A DNA stretch of 64,000 nt. It comes from Candidatus Oxydemutatoraceae bacterium. GTDB lineage: Bacteria > Pseudomonadota > Gammaproteobacteria > Poriferisulfidales > Oxydemutatoraceae. Position numbers and translations under genes: made by a program. This document shows, one piece after another, positions 1-12,000 of the stretch. Location: assembly GCA_965219575.1 (NCBI GenBank), contig OZ244779.1:1292769-1356768 (forward strand). The letters run 5' to 3'. Numbering within the stretch: position 1 is the first letter of the stretch; every line of letters starts with the position of its first letter. A model generated the notes under the pieces. It was given only the letters and a program-made list of their open reading frames with translations. It was not told the origin of the DNA and made no database searches.

Positions 1-4
1 GGAT

Positions 5-3000
5 TTGGATGCAGTACGCCATCAATTGGACGGTAGCGGTTATAGGGCGGATGCCGGGTCGGTCAAGATTACCTCGGGTTGTCCGAGTGCGGGATGTCGC
101 GGTTATGAATTGTTAAGAGATTTGGATTTTAACGATGCTGCCGGTTATCGCAATGCCGATGCAAACATGGGGCGATGGACGGGTGCGGGTGCTTGGCAAC
201 CGATCGGATCGGACCGAGCAACTTTCACCGCTACATTCAAGGGTAATAATAAAACGATTGCCAATTTAAGCGTGAGGGCCGGCGGCGGTCTGTTTACTGC
301 GATAGGTAGCGATAGTCGTGTTGCCTATATAGACGGTATCGGATTGTCGGCTGTAGATATTAAAGGGGATGTAGTTGCCGGAATCGCCGCATCGTGTGTA
401 CAGTGTACGATAAGCAATAGTTATGTGATAGGAAATATACAAGGAACCGCCGCTGTCGCCGGTTTATTAAATACTATTAGCGCAACGAACGGCGGGCGTG
501 CCTCGATTAGCAACAGTTATTTCATCGGTAATCTTGCCGTTAACGGTCCATCGGCAGTCGGCGGAGGTTTGGTCGGCGATGTAGACTCCGATCTAACTAT
601 CACCGACAGCTATGTAGTCGGCAGGATTACCGCAGAGCACGATGACGGATTTATAGGTGGCTTGGTCGGGGTACGCACATCGTCCGCGCTTGATATCGTC
701 AACAGTTATGCGAGTATTGCGGCAACCAAAGCCGATGTATCGCAAGGCTTATTCGGTGGCAATAGGAATCCGAGTGCTAGACTGGCACCGACCGTTCATA
801 CAAGTTATCTGGATAAAGATATTTCACAAGCCGAGGTGACTTTAGGCAAGCTCAAGAGCACCGTTGCGCTTCAATCGCAAGCACCGACGACACCGACCGA
901 TAGTATTTATAAAGATTGGGATACCGACGATTGGGATTTCGGCACCGCTAAGCAATATCCGGCGATCAAGTATAATTTGCAGGCGCACGCTACCGATGGT
1001 GATGCACATTGTGGTACGGCGGATATTCGGAGACGTCCCGATGCGTGCCGTACCTTGCTTCGTCATCAGGGGAGTCTATTGCAAGACTTAAAGTTATCCG
1101 AAGGCTTAGGTTTGTCTAGTCCTTTTGCGCATACATCGTTTGATTACGGTATATCGGTCAATGCCGATCGCAGTACTATTCGCATGTTGCCGACGGCATT
1201 TAATGAAATAGCAACGATTGAGGTTATTAAGGATGACAACGCAATAGGAGAAACCGATAGCGGTAAATGGACGGTGCCGATACCGTTGAACGACAGCGGT
1301 GATACGGTTTTTAGTTTGGTCGTAAAAGACGGCAAACGACATTCTTACCGATATCGATTCGTCGTTAATCGGCTCGGCATCGTCGCGCAAAGCATAGACG
1401 AAGACGGCGATGGGTTCATAGATATAAGCAATGCCACACACCTGGATGCCGTCCGCCATCGCTTGGACGGCAGCGCCTATCAACAGAGCGAGACTGTCGA
1501 TGCGCTCTATTGTTCCAACGGGTGCAGCGGATATGAATTGACCGCCGATATAGACCTTGCCGGGGTTGAGTGGCAACCTATCGGTAGTCTGAATGAGCCT
1601 TTTAGCGGTGTATTCAGAGGCAACGGCCACACGATTTCCAATTTGACTATAAAAACGGGCAATGCGACCGGTATGGGTCTATTCGAAGTAATCGGAGCCG
1701 GTGGTAGAGTTGAGAATGTCGGTCTGGTGAATGTGAATATCGCCGGACAGAATAATGTCGGCACCATAGCCGGCTATAACTTCGGCACGATCATCAATAG
1801 CCATGCAGACGGCAATCTCGTGGTTGTGAACAGCTACGTCGGTGGTTTGGTCGGCAGGAATAATGGCGGCACGATCGTTAATAGCTATGCGAATGTCGAC
1901 GTACACGCAAATAATATTTACGCAGGCGGTCTGGTCGGTTGGAACGAAGCAAATAGCTTTATTGTTAATAGCTATGCCATCGGCACCGTAAGGGCGAATA
2001 ACGGTTTGGCGGGTGGTTTGGTTGGTAGTAGCCCGAAGGGTGCGAAAATTCACAATAGTTATGCAGCGGGTGATGTGCGCGTGCAAACCGATGGTAATTT
2101 AGCGGGGGGGCTGATAGCTTCCGGAGGGTTAATCGTTAGTAGTTACTACAAAGCAGGTGCGGTTATCTCCAGAGCCAACTCACTGATCGGCATCGATAAA
2201 ACTGCGGTGGAACTTAAGGCCGGTGTGCCGTCGGATGATATCTATACCGAGTGGGATAGAGCCGATTGGCACTTCGGTAATACAGAGCAATATCCGGCGT
2301 TGCTTTATGCGCCGGCCAATGCCGACGACACGGCATGCAGGCAGCCGTCGCTCGAGCAATTATCCGCTTGCAACGGTGGGTTGTTTGGAGCCTTGTCGGA
2401 ACATGACAGGGCGGTCGTATGTCGTAGTCATTTACCAAGATTACCGGAACAGACACCGTATTGTGGTGCCTTGCTACCCGAACAACGTGCCGGGTTGGTG
2501 CGGCTGGAGTTTTCAAAAAATGCAAGTTTGATTCCGGCATTTAATCCCGAGATATACGACTATGATTTAGTCGTCGATTCGGGCATCACATTTCGTACCA
2601 CACCGACCGCTTATTACGGTAGCGATACGATTACCGTAAACATAGATGATTTGGGTTCGTCTACGAGTAGTGGGCGAAGTTCATCGATTACTCTAAATGA
2701 CGATTTAGACAGCATCGTGCTTAGGGTTCAATCCGCAACGCCGGGCATGCCGACACGCTATACGATTAAGGTATTGCAAGATATTGCAGTAGTCGATGGT
2801 TTGATAACGATTGATTATCTGGAGGACTTGAACCTGATGCGTCACTCTCTGGAACAGGTATCCGCCACCTTGAAGGATTGCCCTATAGATACCGAGGACG
2901 GTGTGAGGCGATGCAAGGGTTATAGATTGGTCGGAGATTTAGATTTTAAGAATCCTACGAGTTATCGTGCCGGTAATCTCAACCCGATATGGACGACCGG

Positions 3001-6000
3001 TTCCGGTTGGCAACCGATAGGAAATCGTAGCAATCCTTTCAGCGGTTTATTTAGCGGAAATGCGCATACGCTATCAAATCTGAGGATCCACGACATACCT
3101 GTCGGCGACATCGGTTTATTCGGTGTTGTGGCGGATGATGCGAGAATTGAGAATATCGGTCTACTCAATGCGGATATTGATGTTGATAATAGTCGGCATA
3201 GTTTATTCGATATCGGTGGTTTGGTCGGTGAGAATTACGGCGAAATCATCAACAGCCATGTGGTAGGCGGTCGTGTTCGAGGTGATTTTTTCGTAGGTGG
3301 TTTGGTCGGTAGGAATGAAGGTGGCACAATCGTCAATAGCCATGCAAATGTTTCGGTAAATGGACGCACTAACATTACCGGCGGTTTAGTCGGTTCTAAT
3401 GCAATAGATGGAAAAATTCATAATAGTTATGCAAGCGGTGCGGTTGTCGGAAATGACTTTGTCGGTGGTTTAGTCGGTATTTCGACCGGAGATATTCGTA
3501 ATAGTTATGCGAGCGGTGCGGTTGTCGGAAATGGCTTTGTCGGTGGCTTGGTAGGTGAACTATCACAGCAAGGGATCGAGGTGAGTAATAGCTATGCAAT
3601 CGGCAAAGTGACGGGCAGAAGGCTTGTCGGTGGATTAATAGGCAGTATCACGAATGCCGGGATCAGGGATGCCGTCAATGCGAGTTATTGGGATATCGAT
3701 ACGAGCAACATAACAGGATCCGTCGCCGGTATCGGCAAGACGACGGCAGAGCTTCGGACACCTGCGATCGGAAATGGAATCTATAGCAACTGGGACGGCA
3801 ACGATTGGTATTCCGAGAGTAGTTCGCAATATCCGGCACTGAGATATACCGGTGCTACCGATGTGGTCGCTCGGCCGGCGTGTCGAGAAACCGGAGACGA
3901 CGGTGCCGAACTGCCGATTTGTGGAGACCTGTTGCCGGATCAGAGCATCGGTCTAAGCAATCTGGCGCGCTCAAATCGAACCGGTCAGGTTTTGTTATTA
4001 AGACCCGACTTTAATTCCGGGATATACGATTACGAGTTGATATTAAAAAGCGATGCGCGTGAATTTAGCATTATTCCGTATACATTTAATCCGGATGCGG
4101 TGATTACGCTCAACGACGATAGCGAAACGAATCGACATAGAGAATTACGAAGCGGTAAAGGCACTACGCTTACTATAGGCGATATCGATGATCTTTTGCT
4201 GACATTGGCGGTAGAAGATCGCTTGATATCCGGAACTACGCAAACGACGCTCTACAGTATCAAGGTAAGCAAACATTCTTTCGTTACCGTCAACGATATA
4301 GACGAAGACGACGACGGTTTGATAGAGGTTCGCAGTGCGGACGACCTAAATGCGATTCGTTATCAACTGGACGGTAGCGGCTATAAAGCGGATCGCGACG
4401 ACACCAAAATCACCGTGGGGTGTCCGACCACCCCGACCGTCGGTTGCAAAGGTTATGAATTGGCGGCAAGCATAGACCTTTCCGGTTTTGATTGGCATCC
4501 GATCGGAGTGATCGATGCTACGACGCTTGATTGCAACGATACGCAAAGCCGATGTTTTGCGGCGATATTCGACGGCAATCGGGCATTAGGCTACGAGATT
4601 TCCGGTTTAAGCATCGCAACCTCGCAGCGAGACAATGTCGGTTTGTTCGCGGCATTAGCCGACGCTGCGCAAGTCAAAAATCTTAATTTAGCGGATGTGG
4701 AGGTCGGGGGGCACTTCGGTGTCGGAAGTTTGACCGCCTATAATGCCGGGGCGATAGACAACAGTTCCGCCGACGGTACGGTGGCGGGGGAACATGCCGT
4801 CGGCGGTTTGGTCGCCTACAATGTCGGTCGTATTTCCGATAGTTATGCTTACGGTGCGGTATCGGGTGACCGTATAGTCGGTGGTTTGGTCGCTCGCAAC
4901 GAAAGTAGCGGGGTGATTGCAAACAGCTATAGCTTGAACCGTGTATCGGGCAACACCGGCATCGGCGGTTTGGTTGCCTTGAACCTCGGTGCGATTGCAA
5001 ACACTTATGCAAGCGGTGTTGTTGAAGGAGTTACACTTATAGGTGGTTTGGTCGGTGACAACGGCGGTTCGGTTCGCAATAGTTATGCGACGGCAGATAT
5101 CGTATGCACAGGTGTGCCTGCGTGTACCTCGTATACGGTTGCCACGGGAGGTCTCATCGGTCGCAACACCGGTGGTATTGCGGTAAATAGCTATTGGGAT
5201 ACCGGTGTGAGCAACATACGAATATCCGCCGGCGGTGTCGGCAAGACTACCTTGCAACTACAATCGGGCAGCGGCCAATCGTCGGATGCAAGCAGGGCAT
5301 ATTACCGGTGGCGCAGTAGCGATTGGCATTTCGGCGATGTATATCAATATCCGATTCTTAAATATACCGGCGGTAGCGAAAACACGCTCGCCGGTTTACA
5401 GTCTTATGGTTTGGCAAGTTTGACGATCGCAGAAGTTGTAACCTTATCTCCGAACTTCAATACGACTAAATTGCATTATCGTGTCGGCGTAGATTTGGAT
5501 GCGAACATAAAGCGGTTGCATTTGACACCGAATGCGTTGGATGAGGATGCAACCATTCGTATCTTCAGCGATAACGGTTTTGACGAGACGATCAAAACCG
5601 GCACCGGCAGTTCGGCAATTGTATTACATTCCACTGCGACGACCGTGATCGGCGTTGAAGTCTCGGGGGACCGGCGCGTCCGATATCGCTTTGAAGTAAA
5701 TTACTTCTCTTCCGGTACTAAAAGAGATGTTGATACCGACCGAGACGGGTTGATAGAGATTCTAACACTGGAGGATTTGGATGCGATGCGCAATGCGCTC
5801 GACGGCAAAAGTCTTAGACATCAAAACGCCGACGGTGTATCGATAAAAAATGCCCGAGGCTGTCCGATGACCGGTTGCAGAGGCTATGAGTTGTTGCGCG
5901 ATTTGGACTTTGATAATCCGGCACATTACCGAACGGGGAGCGTGAATACCGCATGGACTAGCGGGGCAAGCTGGCAGCCGATAGGAACCCAAAGGCATCC

Positions 6001-9000
6001 GTTCACGGCAACATTCAAAGGCAACGGCTATACGATTTCTAATTTGAAGGTGAATAGACCGGATAGCGACGGTGGGTTATTCGGTGTGATAGACGGTAGC
6101 GAAAGCAATGTCGTAATAGAGAGTCTAGGTTTGTCGGATGTAGATATAGTCGGCGGTGCGCATGTCGGTGGTCTGGTCGGCACTAACCGAGCGGGGGACA
6201 TTCGCAAGAGTTATGTCATCGGTTCTGTGACGACAAGAGGCTACGGCACATCGGAAATGGTGGGCGGTCTGGTCGGTAGGAATATTGCCGGTTCCATCAC
6301 CGAATCATACTCGGAGACACAAGTGAAGGCCAATCTAGCGGCTGAATTATCGGTGGCATTGGCAGGTGGTCTGGTTGCCCTAAACGATGATCGCAGTCGC
6401 ATCGAGAATAGCTATGCGATAGGGTCGGTAGTCGGTCGGGACAGCGTCGGTGGTTTGGTTGCTCTCAATCGAAACTCTAGCGAAATCGTCGACAGCTATG
6501 CGGTGAATAAGGCTATAGCCATCGGCGCGATGTCTAAGGTAGGCGGTTTGGTTGCCGTCAACGATGCGGTGGTCGGCGATAGTTACTGGGATATAGAAGT
6601 GAGTGGTGTCGTATCGAGTGCCGGCGGCACTTCCGCAACCACGATAACACTTCAATCGTCTACGCCGACTTCGCCGATAAACAGTGTTTATAGAAATTGG
6701 GATGCCGATGTATGGGAGTTTTCGGATGCGGGTCGCTATCCTACACTGAAAGCCTTAGACCATGCGTCACTGCTTGCTCCCGATGGAAAGAGTTTGTTAC
6801 AAAGCCTGACCCTATCGGACAATGTGCGACTATTCCCGTCCTTCCATCCGCTGATTTTTGACTACGATCTCATTGCCGAGTCGGGACAGATAGCCGAAGT
6901 GCGATTGAATACCACATCGACACGGGCAGCTACGACGATCGATATCGCTTGTAGTACCGGTTTGGTGTGTTCGTCGGGTATCCCGATGTCGTTTGTATTG
7001 AACGGTAGTGATACACCGGAAATTACCATAACCACGAATAATTCCGATGCCGGCGTGTTGTCGTATAACTTCTCGGTGCGTTACGGCGAACCGAATATCA
7101 AGCGAGTGACGGCAACGACTACAACAGTAATATCGTTGCCGTTAGCGGTAGCCGAAGGTGAGCGTGTTCGTTTGATAGCTTCGTATGATTTCGGTTTGAG
7201 TGCGGATTTGTATCACTATAGATGGCGGCAATCGACAGGTGATGCCTTAAGATTCAACGATATGCAATCGCCGGTTGATACACAGAGTGCCGTATTGGAT
7301 TTTACGGTACCCGGCAATGTAGTGTCTCAGCAAGACGATCGCCGTGTCGTACGGTTGATCTTGGAAATCGTTGTCAACGAAGCCGTGTATCTAAGCAAGG
7401 TACTACCGTTGATAATTTCCAAACGAGATAACGACGCAGCCAGTCGTATTCGCGTGCTTAAAGATGACGATAAACTGCACACTTATACCGTTAAATTTGA
7501 AAGAGCGGACGGTAGCGAGTTTGTAGATCGCGACGGTGGCTTTACCGAAACCTTTATACAATGGCAGCGTCGTCGTAGCGAAGCGGAGAGTTGGATAGAC
7601 TTAGCGTCTACGCCTACCTATACTATTCCGAACGAGGGAAATTATCAATATCGTGCACTCGCTCTGTATGAGGACAATCAAGGTTATCGCGGACAATTTG
7701 AATCTGAGGTCATAGACTATTCGGACATAGACGACGATGGCGATGGTTTGATAGAGATTCGTTATTTGGAAGAATTGGATGCGATACGCTATCGGTTGGA
7801 CGGTAGCGGTTATAAAGCGACCGCAAGTGTGGATAAGATCACTACAGGTTGCCCGTTGGTCAACGGTATAGAGAAATGCCGAGGCTATGAGTTGATGAAT
7901 GACTTGGATTTTAACGACAATGAGAGCTATCGTGCGCTTGATCCGTCGCTACTCAAGAATAGCTGGACGGTGAGCGATTTCACCGACGCAAGCGATTTGG
8001 GTTGGCAGCCTATAGGTGGGTTTAATGCCGTATTCAACGGTAACGGTTATACGATATCCAATATGCAAATAAATCGTAGCGTCGGCAATACAAACAGTAT
8101 AGGTCTATTTTCCCAAATAGGAGCAGTCGGAAAAGTTAAGAACTTGGGGCTTGTAGATCCGACAATCAAAGGTTTAGTCGGTATTAAAAATGTCGGCGGT
8201 ATCGCCGGTGCCATACAACGCGGCGGTGTCATCATCAATAGCCATGTGGTCGGCGATGTCGGCGCGGGAAACACCGATAAAATAATAACAGGTGATGTCG
8301 GATTCGCCGGCGGTAGGGGATTCATAGGGGGACTGGTCGGCTGGAATAGAGGTTTTATACTCAATAGTTATGCAAAGATCAACGTGGTTGCCGAAGACTC
8401 CGGAACGCTTGAAAACAAGCGTGTCGGAGTAGGCGGTTTGGTCGGTAGGAACATAGACGGTGGCAAGGTGTATAACAGCTATGCGACCGGTGAGGTGAAA
8501 GGCCCTTGTGTCGTCGGTGGTTTGGTGGGCAATCAATTTTCCGCCAACTCGGATAGTTTATTGACTCGAAGCGAAATCAAAAACAGCTATGCGACCGGTA
8601 ATGTAGAGACCGGGTTCGGGACGTGCGTAAACTCAAACAACAAATTTGCCGGTGGTTTAGTCGGTTTTAATAATAATTCAAGGGTTGAAAATAGTTATAC
8701 GCTGGGTGAAGTTCTCGGTGACGGTACACGCGGCGGTTTGGTTGCCGGAAAGTTTCCCGTCGGCAATACCTCTATTGCAAACCCGATCAATAGCTATTGG
8801 AACTATGAACAGAATTGTCATTTTGCTGTTTCGTTTGGTTTCGTATTAGGAGTGCAATGTTTCGGAATAACGGGAGGTACCAAGAATGTAAGAATACCGA
8901 ACAACCTTCGAAGTCCTATTGCTCCGAATACTATGTTTAATTCATGTGTTGAGAGTTATGCCGGTGGCTTAGATCCCGAAGATGTATGTACGACCTATGT

Positions 9001-12000
9001 GGGTTGGAATACTGCCGATTGGGATTTCGGTACTACAAAACAATATCCGGCACTCAAATACGGAGTCGGATTGGATAGAAATGCCCCTGGTTGCGACACC
9101 GATCCCAAGACGGCATTGCCGAGTTGTAATGCTTTACTGCCCGGTCAGATTGCCGATACGGTTTTATTGAATAGCCTGAGTGTATCCGCTAATTCAAGCG
9201 CTGTGCGGCTGATCCCGAGCTTCATGCCGAGTAGATTTAACTACGAAGCAATCATCGTAGCCGAAACGGTACCGGCACTTATAAAAGTTGCCACCGGTGT
9301 CGAAGAAGATACCGCAATAACGATTCGTAAAGACGGTGGTGCGCCTTTGATTAAACAATCGGACGGCACCGTGCAGATTAGTACGAACGATTCGTTCAAT
9401 CTCGGTATTAAAACCACAAGCGGAGATGAGAGAGCGGCGAACTATCGAATACAAGTACATTTAAGTTATTTGCCTCAACCGAAAATACTCCAAGTAATCA
9501 ACGCGAGTACTCCCACCGAATTAATCAAAGAGAATATCCTTAGCTTAAGCGAAGGGGATGTCGTCCGCTTCGATGCCTCAAGGAGTTTCGGACCGAACAA
9601 TTCGCGGTTGGATTACCGGTGGAGTCAAGTATCGGGGAAACCCTTACTGTCGGGAATAAGAACCGCATCTACCGGAGAGTTGATGATACCTGTGGATTTA
9701 TTTGCCGAAGACGAGGACGATAGCACGGTGATCCTAAAACTAGAACTGAGCGAGAGCAATAATCCGGCATCTGCGCTAAGCATAGAAATACCGTTATCGG
9801 TGCGCAAGGCAAACAACGGAAATGCCGAAAGTGGTGTGAAATGGATAAATAGCGATACGCTTTCGGCAGGCGATCTGTCGGACGATATAGACGGAGATCC
9901 ACTGATTGATGTAGCCTATCTATGGTCGTCGGAACAAAACGGTAGATTTGTCGCTATACCCGGTGCGACTCGAAAAAGCTATACGCCTCCCGAAAATGCT
10001 CGCAACGCACAATACAGAGTCTCTATAAGCTACACCGATGCACAAGGTTACCGAACCACCGCTCACTACGACGCACCGCAATTTATAACGATTGCCAACT
10101 TCGTCGATAAAGACAGCGACGGTTTGATAGAGATCGAGACACTCGAGGCACTCGATGCGATTCGTTATCAGACGGACGGTAGCGGTTACCGTGCAAGTTC
10201 TACGACGATGATGATTACTACAGGTTGTCCTTTAGTCAACGGTGTAGAGAAATGCCGGGGCTACGAATTAGTCAAGGATTTGGATTTTCTAGACGATGCC
10301 GGCTATAGTTCAACCGCCAATAAAGTAGCTTGGACAACCGGCGCAGGTTGGCAACCTATCGGTATTGTCGCTAACAATGACTGTAGTGATGCGGCTAGCG
10401 ACTGTTTCGCCGCTATTTTGGAAGGCAACGGATATAGCATTTCCAATTTGCGGATCAATAGAGACACCACCGATGAAATAGGTTTGTTTGCCGGAAACAC
10501 CGGCACCATTCGCAATCTCGGATTATCGGAAATAGAAGTAACAGGCAATTCTAGGGTCGGTGGCCTCGTCGGTCGCAACGAAGGTGGACTAATGAATATC
10601 TATGTAGTCGAAGGCAAGGTTGAAGGTCAAAATAACGTTATCGGTCTGTTAACCGGCATCGGCGTGTCGGGTTCGTCGATCATCAATAGTTATGTAATCG
10701 GCACTGTGATAGGTTCTCGTTTTGTCGGTGGTATCTGTGGCATAAACTATGGTGACATGATCGGTAGTTATGCGGTTGCCGATGTTTCGGCACAGCGGGA
10801 GGCAGGTGGTCTGGTCGGCGAGAATCAAGGCACTATCGGCAACAGCTATACATCAGGCTCGGTTAGTATCAATGAGAAAGAACGAGCTGTAGGAGGTCTA
10901 GTCGGTGTATTATGGTCGGGCGGTCGTATTGATAACAGTTACTCGACTGCCGAGGTAAAAACAGACTTTGTTGCAACAGCCAATAGCGATGCGCAGTATG
11001 TAGGTGGTTTAATCGGCAACCGAGAATCACCCAGCCTACAAGTCAATAATAGTTATTGGGATACCGATGCGAGTGGGCGGACGAACTCTTCGGGAGGCGG
11101 TATCGCCAAGACCAAGGCTGAATTGCAAATGCCGACTGTAGCGGGAGCAAGGGTCAATGCTATCTATTACAACTGGGATGCCGACAGATGGGATTTCGGC
11201 ACTTCCGAGGCGTATCCGGCACTCAAATACTACGATAACACTTGTGTCACTGCCACACCGTCGCCGGATTGCGGTAGATTATTGCTCCATCAACGTATCG
11301 GCTTGAGAGATATAAAGCTGGAGCAGAATGTGGAGGGAGAACGACTGTATCTTTCTCCCGATTTTGACTCTACGGTTACAGCTTATACGGTATCGGTGCA
11401 TGCCGATGCGAGCGAATTGGGAATTATCCCGCTAGCGGCTAATCCCGATGCGGATATCGTAGCCGACGGCAAGGTCTTATCGGCAAACCACAGCGGCTAT
11501 ACCATTGCGATAGATACTTCCGAGCCTACCTCTACGGTTATCGAAGTTTCGGCGAGCAATTCGATGGGAACGGAGGATCCCATTGCATATAGATTGACGG
11601 TAAACAATCGTTTGCCCGAGATAGATATTAACGCGCCCGCTTCGATAAGCGAAGGCGAAACCCTTAGATTAAATGCCTCTATAGCAGATGCCGACGGAGA
11701 CGAGTTGCGGTACAGTCTGAGTGCGATTACCGACTTATTGCCGGATTTAGAGGAGACCACCGGCACCGCGGTAGGCGGTGCCGATTCGGTTTATGCGCTT
11801 AACATACCGAGTGATCTGCTCGGTGAGAGGCAAAGCACCGATAATATAAAGATCATGCTGACAGTTGAGGATGGTATGAGTGTTATGAACAAAACGGTGC
11901 GGATATCGATAATCAAAGAAAATAACGGTGTGATATCGGTTGCTACCCCTACGCTGAATGGTTTCACATATACCGTCGGAAATATAGATCTATCGTCGGA

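Noticed and set aside
10760-11710. Diversity-generating retroelement TR/VR pair between the giant paralogs
   Set aside because: Differences are not adenine-specific by eye, the tracts are long and in-frame in both genes, and no reverse transcriptase is present.
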